A stretch of DNA of 64,000 nt from NCBI GenBank assembly GCA_963785725.1, contig CAWAWS010000014.1:224001-288000 (forward strand), read 5' to 3'. The notes under the pieces were generated by a model. It had not been told where the DNA came from. It did no database searches and saw only the letters and a list, made by a program, of their open reading frames with translations. The stretch comes from an uncultured delta proteobacterium (lineage in GTDB: Bacteria > Myxococcota_A > Polyangia > Palsa-1104). Positions 10,712 through 20,424 of this stretch are shown piece by piece. The position numbers and the translations under genes were made by a program. Every line of letters begins with the position of its first letter. Position 1 is the stretch's first letter.

Positions 10712-11992
10712 ATGAGCTACCAGCCCGGGTTCGGTAATCACTTCGTCACCGAGGCGGTCGCGGGCGCGCTGCCCGAAGGGCGCAACTCGCCGCAGCGCGT
10801 GCCCTTCGGCCTCTACGCCGAGCAGCTCTCGGGCGCGGCCTTCACGTCGCCGCGGCACGAGAACCGCCGCTCGTGGCTCTATCGGCTGCGGCCGTCGGCG
10901 GCGCACGCCAAGCTCGCGCCCATCGACGCCGGCCATATTCGCGGCGGGCCGTTCACCGAGGCGCCGCCGTCGCCCAATCGGCAGCGCTGGAGCCCATTTC
11001 CGCTGCCGACGCTGCCGACCGATTGGCTGCAGGGCCTCTTCACCATCGGCGGCAGCGGCGCGCCGGCGACGATGGCCGGCTCCGCGATCCACGTCTACGC
11101 CGCCAATCGCTCGATGGACGACGTCTTCTTCGACGCCGACGGCGAGCTCCTGATCGTGCCGCAGCTCGGCCCATTGCAAATCTTCACCGAGCTCGGCCGC
11201 CTCGAGCTCGCGCCCGGCGAATGCGCCGTCATCCCGCGCGGCGTGCGCTTTCGCGTCGCCGTCGACGGGCCGGTGCGCGGCTACGTCTGCGAAAATTACG
11301 GCGCGCCGTTTCGCCTGCCCGAGCTCGGGCCGATCGGATCGAACGGCCTCGCCAACGCGCGCGACTTCCTGACCCCGGTCGCGGCCTTCGAAGACGTGGC
11401 CAAGCCGACGCGGCTGGTCGAGAAATTCCAGAACGGCTTGTGGGCGACGACGCTCGACCATTCGCCGCTCGACGTCGTCGCCTGGCACGGCAATCTCGCG
11501 CCCTACAAGTACGATCTGGCGCGCTTCAACGTCATCAATACGGTGAGCTTCGACCATCCCGATCCGTCGATCTTCACGGTGCTGACGTCGCCGAGCGACA
11601 CGCCGGGCGTCGCCAATTGTGACTTCGTGATCTTTCCGCCGCGCTGGATGGTCGCCGAAGCGACGTTTCGTCCGCCCTGGTTTCATCGCAACGTCATGAG
11701 CGAGTTCATGGGTCTCGTGCACGGTGTGTATGACGCCAAGGCCGACGGGTTCGCGCCCGGCGGCGCGTCGCTGCACAACTGCATGAGCGCGCACGGCCCC
11801 GACGCGACGACCTACGACGGCGCGGTCGCCGCGCCGCTCGCGCCGCGGCAGATCGTCGACACCTTGGCGTTCATGTTCGAGACGCGCTGGGTGATCGCGC
11901 CGACGCGCGCGGCGTTGGAGAGCCCGGCGTTGCAGGCCGATTACGACGGCTGCTGGCGCGACCTGCGCCGCGTCGAGGCGCCGAAGATCTAG
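10712..11992 (+). CDS. hmgA: Homogentisate 1,2-dioxygenase
   Basis: [58 protein letters not shown]. Confidence 0.97.
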   Translation: MSYQPGFGNHFVTEAVAGALPEGRNSPQRVPFGLYAEQLSGAAFTSPRHENRRSWLYRLRPSAAHAKLAPIDAGHIRGGPFTEAPPSPNRQRWSPFPLPTLPTDWLQGLFTIGGSGAPATMAGSAIHVYAANRSMDDVFFDADGELLIVPQLGPLQIFTELGRLELAPGECAVIPRGVRFRVAVDGPVRGYVCENYGAPFRLPELGPIGSNGLANARDFLTPVAAFEDVAKPTRLVEKFQNGLWATTLDHSPLDVVAWHGNLAPYKYDLARFNVINTVSFDHPDPSIFTVLTSPSDTPGVANCDFVIFPPRWMVAEATFRPPWFHRNVMSEFMGLVHGVYDAKADGFAPGGASLHNCMSAHGPDATTYDGAVAAPLAPRQIVDTLAFMFETRWVIAPTRAALESPALQADYDGCWRDLRRVEAPKI

Positions 11993-12011
11993 CGCGACTA
12001 ACGTTTATCGT

Positions 12012-12527
12012 TCAGCGCGTCGCTTGCGTCGGCAGCTGCGCGCGCAGCGCGGCGAGCGCGGCGTCGTCGAACACGCCGCCGCGATAGACGACGCGGCCTT
12101 TGCGATCGAGCACGAGCGTCGCCGGCACGCGCGACTGCCCGAGCGCGTCGGCCAAGCGGAACTGCTCGTCGACGAGCTGCGCGTACGGCAGGCCGCGGCT
12201 GCGTACGAAGTCGGCGACTTTGGCGCGCGGCTCGCCGACGGCGACGGCGATGACGGTCGCGCCCGCGCCGCGCGTGGCCGCGTCGAGCCGCGCCAGCGCC
12301 GCGAATTCGCCGGTGCACGCTTCGCACCACGTCGCCCACAAGCTGACGAGCGCGGGACGGCCGGCCGCGACTTCCACCAGCTGCGCCGGCTGGCCATCGA
12401 GCGTCGCGAGCGCGACCGGCGGCAGCGGCTGCGCGGTCGGCGGCGTAACCGGCGTGGCGAGCGTCGGCGCGCAGCCGAGCAGCAGGAGCAGCGGAAGCGA
12501 ACGAATCACGCGCGCATCATACGTCAT
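12012..12527 (-). CDS. TlpA-family thioredoxin lipoprotein
   Basis: Lipobox LLGC; WATWCEAC CxxC; VPAT cis-Pro loop. Confidence 0.85.
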   Translation of the reverse strand: MTYDARVIRSLPLLLLLGCAPTLATPVTPPTAQPLPPVALATLDGQPAQLVEVAAGRPALVSLWATWCEACTGEFAALARLDAATRGAGATVIAVAVGEPRAKVADFVRSRGLPYAQLVDEQFRLADALGQSRVPATLVLDRKGRVVYRGGVFDDAALAALRAQLPTQATR

Positions 12528-13702
12528 CAGTAGAAGCGAAAGCCGAGGCCGCACGTGATCATGTCGGCGCGTAAGTCGTTCGTTCGCCAATAGTGCTCGT
12601 AGCCGACGTCGGCGTGCAGCTCGCGCAGCCGCCGCGTCGGTTTCAAGTCGACGCCGATGGCGCCGCCGACCGTCTGGGCGACGAACGGCGCCAAGTCGCT
12701 GTCGGCGGTGCGCGGCGTCTGCGTCGTGGTCGCGCGCGTCGTGTAAAACGCGACGCCGTTCTGCTGATAGACGCGATAGGTCGCGCGCAGCCACAGCCAC
12801 GGGCTCAGCCGTTGATAGAGCTGCGCCTCGGCCGTGTGCGCGAGCAAGCCCCAATCGTCGACGTAGAAGCGGTAATACAGATGCAGCGCCGCGCGCCACG
12901 GCAGCGCTTGCACGAGCCGGCCGACGAACGCGTGGCGCTGCCGAAAGCCGGGCATCAGCTCGCTTTCGAAGCCGCCGACGACCGCCGGCACCGCGTTCCA
13001 GGTGTTACTGAGCTCGCCCGATTGCAGCGTGAGGCCGTAGTCGAGGTGCGCGATCGTCGTCGGCGACAAGAGCTGCGTGATGCCGAAGTTGACGTTCGTC
13101 GACGAACGGCCGGCACGCCCCAGTCGATGGCCGAGAAAGTCGAAGCGATCGAACCAGTCCCAGTATTCGTTGATGCTGGCGGCGAGCGTCGTGTTGTCGT
13201 CGGCGAAGCTGCGCGCCCAGCCGAGCCCGACGTCCCACGAGCGATAGGGCTCCTCGAAGTGCAGGCCGCCGTGCACGGTCCACGTCGTCGCGCGATCGGC
13301 CAGATACGTCGTCGCCAGCTCGACGGTGCCCGATTCGTTGACGCGCGAGGCGTGGCTCATGGCGTCGACGTTCCAGCTGTCGACCGCGTCGGGCGACGCG
13401 GCCGTGATGATGTCGAGCGGCACCCACAGCGTGTGCGTGATGTGCTCGCCTTGATGCGCGACGATCTCCAGCTGCGCCTGCTCGACGCTCAAGTATTCGT
13501 CGCCGGGCGAGCCGAACGCTTGCGATTGATAGCCGTGGCCGCGCTGCTCGTAGTGCGTGTAGCGCGCCGTCATCGAGTCGATCGTCCACGGTCGCGGCGG
13601 GCCGAAGATGGCGTCGGCGCCGAGCGGCTCGTCGGCGTCGACGATGGTGGGCGCGACGGCGGCGGCCGCGCACGCGAGCGCGACCACGAGGCGCAGGTTC
13701 AT
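12527..13702 (-). CDS. DUF3570 family outer-membrane protein
   Basis: DIITAAS motif, YRFYVDDWG, RYYQQ-like and TADSDLA motifs; aromatic C-terminus; flanked by DUF4266 and TlpA. Confidence 0.8.
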   Translation of the reverse strand: MNLRLVVALACAAAAVAPTIVDADEPLGADAIFGPPRPWTIDSMTARYTHYEQRGHGYQSQAFGSPGDEYLSVEQAQLEIVAHQGEHITHTLWVPLDIITAASPDAVDSWNVDAMSHASRVNESGTVELATTYLADRATTWTVHGGLHFEEPYRSWDVGLGWARSFADDNTTLAASINEYWDWFDRFDFLGHRLGRAGRSSTNVNFGITQLLSPTTIAHLDYGLTLQSGELSNTWNAVPAVVGGFESELMPGFRQRHAFVGRLVQALPWRAALHLYYRFYVDDWGLLAHTAEAQLYQRLSPWLWLRATYRVYQQNGVAFYTTRATTTQTPRTADSDLAPFVAQTVGGAIGVDLKPTRRLRELHADVGYEHYWRTNDLRADMITCGLGFRFY

Positions 13703-13917
13703 TGGCAGCCGCAGCCGCCGCCGGCGCTGGCGCCGTCGCCGCCGGCCGCTCCTTCGCGCACGCCGTAAAACTTCTGCTTGCGATAGGCCTCGGTCGGCTC
13801 GTCACCGAGCCGCATGATCGGATCGGCGAGCGCGGCGCGGCGATTCTGCGGCACGATCGCGCACGCCACGCTGCCGAGCGGCAGGCCGAGCAGCAGCACG
13901 AACAAGATCCGGCGCAT
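13699..13917 (-). CDS. DUF4266 family small lipoprotein
   Basis: Lipobox VAC; LADPIM...REGAAGG...GGGCGCQ C-terminus. Confidence 0.85.
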   Translation of the reverse strand: MRRILFVLLLGLPLGSVACAIVPQNRRAALADPIMRLGDEPTEAYRKQKFYGVREGAAGGDGASAGGGCGCQ

Positions 13918-14432
13918 CAAAAGAGTCCATTGCTGCGCGAATCCGCTAGTGGCATTAGGCCTTGGCGGCGACGACGGCGCCAACGATCGCCGGCGCTCGC
14001 GCTGTCCGCGACGCCGACGATGGCGCCCAGGATCGCCGCGCTGATGCCGATTCCAAAGCCGACACGCATCGCCGGATGGCCGTGATCGAGCAGCTCGGGA
14101 TGCGATTCCAAGAGTGCTATCGCGAGGATGCTGCCGGCGAGCGGAGCGATGGTGAAGTAGAGCGCGCGGCGATACTCGCGACCGATCAGGTGTGACGCCA
14201 GCGGCGCCAGCGTCAGTCCCGTCAACGCCGTGTAGATCCCGGCCTTGCGCGTGTCGACGTCGTCGCGCGCGGCGAAAGTGGCGCCGCCCGCGGCCAGCGG
14301 TACGATGCTGACGGCGGCGCCGATCGCCAACGAGAGCGGCACGTTGGGCGGCTTGTCACGCCCATCGGCCTCGTCGGCCGCGGCGCGCGCGACGAACCCG
14401 GCCACGAGGATGGCTGCGCAGACGAAACGCAT
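13917..14432 (-). CDS. Hypothetical membrane protein, translationally coupled to DUF4266
   Basis: Signal peptide plus several hydrophobic helices; TGA overlaps the next ATG. Confidence 0.6.
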   Translation of the reverse strand: MRFVCAAILVAGFVARAAADEADGRDKPPNVPLSLAIGAAVSIVPLAAGGATFAARDDVDTRKAGIYTALTGLTLAPLASHLIGREYRRALYFTIAPLAGSILAIALLESHPELLDHGHPAMRVGFGIGISAAILGAIVGVADSASAGDRWRRRRRQGLMPLADSRSNGLF

Positions 14433-14564
14433 GCGGCATGTTCGACCAGCGGTTCCGACGCGGCAACAAATCGACTAAATCGAGCGATTTGATCGACTTA
14501 TCAAATAACTTTTGTTTTCCTCGGCGCTGGAAAGAGGAATATGGGGGGCTGGGTGAGGCAGCAG

Positions 14565-16238
14565 ATGGCGACGGAACGAGAGGACGAAACGCCGCACGTC
14601 CCGTTGATCGTCATCCGCGTGCAGACGGCATCGCAGACCGAGGACGATTTCGTCGTCCATCATTGCCGCTACTTCGGGGTCGACGTCGTGTTCCTGCCGA
14701 CCGAAGGCGTGCAGCCGCCGGGTCGTCGCGTCCGCTTCGCGTTCGTGCTCGGCGACGGCAAGGAGGTCGTGAGCGGCGAAGGCGTCGTCCTGCGCATGCG
14801 CCGCGACAGCAACAGCCCGCAGCGACCGCCGGGCATGGAGCTGCGCTACCAATGTCTCGATGAGCCGAGCCAGCGCGTCGTCGATCGCATGCTGCTGTTG
14901 CGCACGCAGGGCGTCGTGCTGCGCAAGGCCGATCCGCCGCCGTACGTCTCGATGTGGCTCGAGGGCGACGAGAACACGCAGCAGACGACGACGCCGAAGC
15001 GACGTGCGAGCGCCGAGCCGTCGATGACGCTGCCGGCGAATCCGTTCGCCGAGGTGCCGCCGCAGGCGCTGAGCTACTTCGTGGACTGGGCGATCGAGCG
15101 CGCGACCGATGCGCGGCGGCGCGGGCCGTCGCGGACGTCGTTCGCGCGCGTGAAAATGCGGCCCAATCGGCGCGACTCGCCGCTGCGTCGGGCGCGCGTC
15201 GTCGTGGCGTTTTCGGGCGGTTTGGCGACGGGGCTCATCCTCTTGTTGTTCGCCGGGCCGCCCAAGCGCGCCGATGCGGTGGGCGTGCGCAACGATCGCT
15301 TGGCGACGCCGGCCGAGCTGGCGGCGCGCGTCGAGGCGGCGGCGCGGGCGCCCGGCGTCGGCGGTAACGCGGCGGCGCCGCGGCCGATCGCGGTCGAGCC
15401 GGCCGTCGCGCAAACGGCCGCGCCCGCCGCGATGACGCCGGCGACGACGAGCGCGCCGGCGACCGCCGAGCCGACACCGGTCGCGCCCAACGCGCTGTCG
15501 ACCCTGATCGCGCGCAACGCCGCGGCCGCGCAGTCGCAAGCGCCGGCCGCCAAGTCCGCGCCGAGCGTCGCGAGTCCGCCGCCGGTCGCGCCCAAGCCGA
15601 CGCTGCTGGCCTCGGCCGCGCCGACCATGCCGGCGACGACGTCGACGACCGCCGCGCCCGCCGAAAACAGCGCGCCGGCGACGACGAACAGCGATGGCGA
15701 CGGCGATCGCGACTCGCTCGATGCGCCCGCGCCGCCGGTTCGTCCCGTCGGCGCCAAGAAGGTGCCGCTCTTCGTGACCTCGTCGCCGCCCGGCTGGGTC
15801 GAAGTCGACGGCCGCCGCCGCGGACGCTCGCCGCTGACGACGGTCGTCGAGGCGGGCCCGCACGAAGTCGTCATCGAGCGGCCGCGTTATCTCTCGGCGC
15901 ACGAGCACGTCGACGGTCCGGGCAAGCTGGCCGTCGAGCTCTTGCGGCCGCCGGCGACGCTGCACGTGACGTCGTCGCCGTCGGGCGCGGTGGTGCGCGT
16001 CGATGGCCACGCCGCCGGAAATACGCCGGTGAATCTGACGTTGACCGGCTACGAGCAGCACAAAGTCGAGGTCGAGCTGAACGGAAAGACGCTGCGCCGT
16101 AAGGTCTACTTGCGGCCGCCGCTGGCCAGCGTCGACTTCGAGATCGCGGCGGCGGTGCTGCCGGTCAATCAATCAAGCCAGCTCGATAAGCATAGCGAAC
16201 GATCTCCGCGACCGAGTGTGCTCCTAGCTTCTCCTTGA
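14565..16238 (+). CDS. Myxobacterial PilZ-like N-terminal domain, TM segment, Pro/Ala linker and two PEGA domains
   Basis: GEGVVLR...PPGMELRY PilZ-like segment; VTSSPPG.VEVDG..GRSPL and VTSSPSGA.V.VDG..GNTP PEGA repeats. Confidence 0.8.
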   Translation: MATEREDETPHVPLIVIRVQTASQTEDDFVVHHCRYFGVDVVFLPTEGVQPPGRRVRFAFVLGDGKEVVSGEGVVLRMRRDSNSPQRPPGMELRYQCLDEPSQRVVDRMLLLRTQGVVLRKADPPPYVSMWLEGDENTQQTTTPKRRASAEPSMTLPANPFAEVPPQALSYFVDWAIERATDARRRGPSRTSFARVKMRPNRRDSPLRRARVVVAFSGGLATGLILLLFAGPPKRADAVGVRNDRLATPAELAARVEAAARAPGVGGNAAAPRPIAVEPAVAQTAAPAAMTPATTSAPATAEPTPVAPNALSTLIARNAAAAQSQAPAAKSAPSVASPPPVAPKPTLLASAAPTMPATTSTTAAPAENSAPATTNSDGDGDRDSLDAPAPPVRPVGAKKVPLFVTSSPPGWVEVDGRRRGRSPLTTVVEAGPHEVVIERPRYLSAHEHVDGPGKLAVELLRPPATLHVTSSPSGAVVRVDGHAAGNTPVNLTLTGYEQHKVEVELNGKTLRRKVYLRPPLASVDFEIAAAVLPVNQSSQLDKHSERSPRPSVLLASP

Positions 16239-16794
16239 TCTTGGCCAGGTGGTTCGACACCGTGCCTGCCGTCAAGTCGAGCTCGGCCGCGATCTCGGAG
16301 CTGGTGCGTCCCTGAATGATGAGCGTGAACACTTGATGCTCGCGCGCCGTCAGCTTGGCGTGCGGCGGCTCGTCGCTCTCGTGCTGCGTCGTCAGGAACT
16401 GCTGCGCGATCGTCTCGGTGAAATAGGTCTTGCCCGCGGCCACTTTGCGGATGGCCTCGAGCAGCTCGGTGCTCGGCCGATCTTTGCACAGGTAACCCGC
16501 GGCGCCCGATCGTAAGAGCGCGATCGCATACTGATCTTCGGGATACATCGAGAGCACGAGCACGGGCAGATTCGGCCGCATTTGGCGGACGCGCCGTAGC
16601 ACTTCCGGCCCGTTTACGCGCGGCAACGACAAGTCGAGGATGATGAGATCGCAGTCGAGCTGCGGCGCGGCGTTGAGGAGCTGCCGTCCATCGGACGCTT
16701 CGCCGACGACGGTCATGTCGGTCGTCGACGAGATGAGCTCGCGCAGGCCGTGTCTGACGATCGCGTGATCGTCGGCGATGAAGATGCGGATCAT
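16165..16794 (-). CDS. NarL/LuxR family response regulator
   Basis: IADDH, LDLSLP, GAAGYLCK, LTAREHQV HTH. Confidence 0.95.
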   Translation of the reverse strand: MIRIFIADDHAIVRHGLRELISSTTDMTVVGEASDGRQLLNAAPQLDCDLIILDLSLPRVNGPEVLRRVRQMRPNLPVLVLSMYPEDQYAIALLRSGAAGYLCKDRPSTELLEAIRKVAAGKTYFTETIAQQFLTTQHESDEPPHAKLTAREHQVFTLIIQGRTSSEIAAELDLTAGTVSNHLAKIKEKLGAHSVAEIVRYAYRAGLID

Positions 16795-18083
16795 GACCTA
16801 GGCTCCGATCGAGTCTCGGGAACTGCGGGAATCGCGCTCGGCGCGAGCGGCAACAGCGCGGCCAGCGTCGTGCCGCCGCCGACGCGCGGACGCAGCTCGA
16901 GGCGGCCGGCCAACGCCGAGACGCGCTCGCCGATGCCGAGCAGGCCGAAGCCGTTGCGCCGCTGCTTGCCGCTCGGCGGTCCGATGCCGTCGTCGGACAC
17001 GGTGATCGACAGCTGCCCATCGCGCGTCGTGACTTCGACTTCGGCGCGGCTGGCGTGCGCGTGGCGAACGACGTTGGTGAGCGCCTCTTGCACGATGCGG
17101 AAGGTGACCGCGGCCGCCTCCATCGGCAAGCCGTCGGCGCCGTCGCTGACGACGTCACAGCTGACGCCGGCGCGGTCGGTCTGGCGCGCCAGCCAATCGA
17201 GCGCCGCCGGCAAGCCCATCTCGGCCAACATCGGCGGGCGCAGCTCGGTGACGAGGTTGCGTGTCGTTTGATGTGTGCGCTTCAGCAGCGCCTCCAGCTC
17301 CGTCAGGTTGCTCTTGATGGACTGCGGATCTTTGGCGAACCGCTGCTGCGCCAAGGCCAACGCCAAGTGCATCGCGGTCAATTCTTGGCCCAGCTCGTCA
17401 TGCAGCTCGCGGGCGATGCGCGTCCGCTCCTGCTCGCGCGTGCGCTCCAAATGATCGAGCGCCAGCGACTGGAAGAACGACTGCCGCAAGCTGCGAAAGG
17501 CGAGGTGGCCAACGGCGACGACCATCGCTCCCATGGAGATCACGAAGCTCATCATGACCAAAACGAGCGGATCATGCCAATGGGCCGGATGTGGAACCAA
17601 AAAGCCTACACACAGCGCGATCGTCATCGCCGAGACCAGCACGATGCGCTGCCGGCGTTCGAGCGGCGCCAGCACGCTGAAGAAGAGCGCGGGAAAGCCG
17701 AGGCTCATCCACGGCTGACCGGGACCGCCCATGTTTCCGAGCGTCCAGCCGATGATGATCATCGTGAACGTGCCGGCGGTGCCGAGGACGGCGATGGGAT
17801 GACGCGTGCCCAGCTGCGCGCGCAGCATCGCGTAGCTCGACAGCGAGATGCCGATGACGGCCAGTCGCAGCCAAAAGACGGTGTGGCGCACGTCGGGAAA
17901 TTTGCTGAAGACGAGCCAGTCGGTCGGCCACAGAAGCGCCGTGAAGCCGGCCAAGAACAGCACGCCGATGAGCCCCGAGCGCAAGCTGACGCGGCGCAAA
18001 TGCTCGTCGAGCTGCGCTTCGACGTTCGCGCGCTCGCCGCTGTCGACGAAGCGCGGTTCAAAATTTCTTGATGCTTCGGTCAA
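16791..18083 (-). CDS. Membrane sensor histidine kinase (HisKA_3 type)
   Basis: ERTRIARELHDELGQ, QEALTNVVRHA, DDGIG, GFGLLGIGER; multiple N-terminal TMs. Confidence 0.95.
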   Translation of the reverse strand: MTEASRNFEPRFVDSGERANVEAQLDEHLRRVSLRSGLIGVLFLAGFTALLWPTDWLVFSKFPDVRHTVFWLRLAVIGISLSSYAMLRAQLGTRHPIAVLGTAGTFTMIIIGWTLGNMGGPGQPWMSLGFPALFFSVLAPLERRQRIVLVSAMTIALCVGFLVPHPAHWHDPLVLVMMSFVISMGAMVVAVGHLAFRSLRQSFFQSLALDHLERTREQERTRIARELHDELGQELTAMHLALALAQQRFAKDPQSIKSNLTELEALLKRTHQTTRNLVTELRPPMLAEMGLPAALDWLARQTDRAGVSCDVVSDGADGLPMEAAAVTFRIVQEALTNVVRHAHASRAEVEVTTRDGQLSITVSDDGIGPPSGKQRRNGFGLLGIGERVSALAGRLELRPRVGGGTTLAALLPLAPSAIPAVPETRSEPRS

Positions 18084-18161
18084 CGTTCACTCGGCGACTG
18101 CGCGAGCATGGAACCTTACCTTTGGCTTCGCAGACTAATCGTCCGAAGGGCCAGACGCAAC

Positions 18162-18524
18162 ATGGACCAGCGCGAGATCGAGGGCAATGCGACGGAACGG
18201 CTGGCCTGGCTGGCGCAAATGTGCCGGCTCAGCCCGCTCGGAGTCGCCCTCTTCGCGCTCGTCGCCGGTGTCGCCGAGGATCCCAACCTGCCGGTGGCGT
18301 GGTGGACGTTGGCGGCGGCGGCGACGCGGCTGGGCGTCGACGAGCCGCAGCTGCGACGGCAGCTGATGGTGGGCGCGCCGCTCATCGATTGGGGGCTCGT
18401 GCGCACAGCGCCACCGCCGCGCACACATTTACTGGGCGAGGCGCGCGTGGCCGTCAACGAGCGGATCGCGCGCTTCTTGTGGTCGCGGCGGACGCGGCCG
18501 GCCGAGTTCCGCCCCGCCTCGTAA
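18162..18524 (+). CDS. Small protein resembling the N-terminal winged-helix region of large AAA+ ATPases
   Basis: RLAWLAQMCRLSP...APLIDWGLV...VNERIARFLW pattern; no P-loop. Confidence 0.5.
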   Translation: MDQREIEGNATERLAWLAQMCRLSPLGVALFALVAGVAEDPNLPVAWWTLAAAATRLGVDEPQLRRQLMVGAPLIDWGLVRTAPPPRTHLLGEARVAVNERIARFLWSRRTRPAEFRPAS

Positions 18525-18634
18525 GTCCGTCAGTCGCTGGCGCTTCAGTCGCTCATTGCGAAGGCTATGGTACGTGCGATAGCCGCGCTAAAGTCACTAC
18601 ACTTTAGGCGGCTAAAGCACGTGCGATAGCCGGA

Positions 18635-20021
18635 TCAGCCGTTGGCGACGAGCGCGGGCTCGACGTCGGCCGCCGGCAGCTCGGTCGCTTGACGCGTGGC
18701 GGCGGCGATCCTGCGCCAACCGCCGCGCACCAAGCGGTGCCAGATGATGAAGGCGCCGATGATCGTCTCGCCGCACAAGCCGATCCAGCCGCCGTAGGCG
18801 CCGAGCCCGGCGTGCCAGCCGAGCAGCCAGGTCAAGGGCGGCGTCATCAGCCACGCGGTCACGACGCCGACGACGGCCGCGAAGCGCACGTCGCCGACGC
18901 CGCGCAAGAATCGAGCGACCGACGATGTTGGCGCCGTCGAACAGCTGGAAGACGGCGGCGACGCGCAAGAGACGGACGGCGACCGTCGCCAGCGCCGCGT
19001 TGGACGTGAAGCCGGCGACGATCATGGGCCCGCCGAACCAGAAGATCGGCGACGCCAGCGCGGTGTAGCCGCCGGCCGTCCACAAGCCGAGGCGCGCCAC
19101 CGGCATGACGAGCGCCTCGCGGCGCGCGCCGATCGCTTGGCCGGCCATGACCGACGCCGCTTCCGCGACCGCCCACGCCGGCAGGAACGAGAACTGACAG
19201 ACCTGCAGCGCGATCTGATGCGCCGCCATCTGCGTCTCGCTCAGCGACGAGATCATCGACGCCAACAGCGTGAACGAGCCGATCTCCAGCATGAACTGCA
19301 GCGCCGTCGGCAAGCCGATGCGCCACAGCTCGCGCACGTGCACGAACGACGCGCGGCCGATGCGCACGCCGCGACGCGCGCTCAGCCACCACAAGATCGC
19401 CGTCTCGAGCACGCTGGCGATCGCCGTCGCCGTCGCCGCGCCGGCCACGCCGCGATGCAAGCCGAAGACGAACAGCACGGCCAGCGTGACGTTGACCAGG
19501 TTGGCGCCGATCGTCGCCAGCATCGGTGACTGCGAGTCGCCTTCGGCGTAGCCCACTTCGCGCAGCGCGACGCCGACGAGCACGATCGGCGCCACCAGGT
19601 TGCGGATGTGCAAATACGTGCGCGCCGCTTCGCCCGCCGCCGGCGTCGCCGACAGGTGCACGAGCAGCTCGGCTACGATCTGACCGACGCCGACGGTGAG
19701 GACGCCGAGGACGACGGCCGCGCCCAACGCCGCGGCGCGGTAGGCGTTCACGAGATCGGGCCGGCGCGCGCCGACCGCCTGCGACACCAGCGTCTTACAG
19801 CCGCGCAACAGGCCGATCGAGAAGCACAGCACCGCGAACGTCGCCGTGCCCGCGAGCCCGACGCCGGCCAGCGCCGACGGGCCGAGGTGACCGACGAGCA
19901 GCGTGTCGACGAGCGTCATGATGCTGTACGACAGCGTCGACACCGCGATGGGCCAGGTCAGTCGCAATAACTCGCGAAGGGGATGCGCTTGCCAACTCAA
20001 CTCTTGCTGCTCGGTGCTCAT
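18635..20021 (-). CDS. MATE family efflux transporter (one frameshift near 18907)
   Basis: LTWPI...VDTLLVGHLG..ALAGVG, AAHQIALQ, FQLFDG; continues as RGVGDVRF in another frame. Confidence 0.9.
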
Positions 20022-20053
20022 TCGTGTCAGTCCGTTCGAAATCGAGATTGGGC

Positions 20054-20090
20054 AAAAAAAAACCGCGGGACCCTTTGTGGGAACCCGCGG
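20054..20090 (-). terminator. Intrinsic terminator in the MATE leader (attenuator)
   Basis: Minus strand CCGCGGGTTCCC-ACAAA-GGGTCCCGCGG followed by 9 T, 32 nt upstream of the MATE ATG. Confidence 0.85.
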
Positions 20091-20116
20091 CTTAAAGCGA
20101 CGATAAAACGGTCACG

Positions 20117-20224
20117 TCATCCGGGTCCCCGCACGCGCACGAGTCGCGTCATGGCGATGCCAGCCGCGATTCGCGGCTGCGTCGGCGACGGACGCTGGGT
20201 GCAGTATGTGTTGTGCGTTCGCAC
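20117..20224 (-). CDS. Putative leader peptide (35 aa from GTG, or 11 aa MTRLVRVRGPG from ATG at 20152)
   Basis: Short ORF between promoter and terminator; its last codons (GGGGACCCG) are complementary to the terminator 5' arm. Confidence 0.5.
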   Translation of the reverse strand: MRTHNTYCTQRPSPTQPRIAAGIAMTRLVRVRGPG

Positions 20225-20243
20225 GAAATGGGCCTGCCCGGTT

Positions 20244-20271
20244 AGGCTAGCCTGAAGCTGGCCGTTGTCAA
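20244..20271 (-). promoter_or_regulatory. Sigma70-like promoter TTGACA-N16-TAGCCT
   Basis: Perfect -35 and plausible -10 directly upstream of the leader ORF. Confidence 0.55.
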
Positions 20272-20424
20272 ACGCGAGCTACTTTGTTCGCCCGCGGCGG
20301 CCTGCGGCGGCTCTGCGTCGCGGCGCGGGCGTCGCACTTTGGTCGCTGCGGCGCGGCATGGCCCAATCGATAAGTTACGAATAGTTGCCAACGACTACGC
20401 GTCCGCGATGTTACGGTGTGCGCG

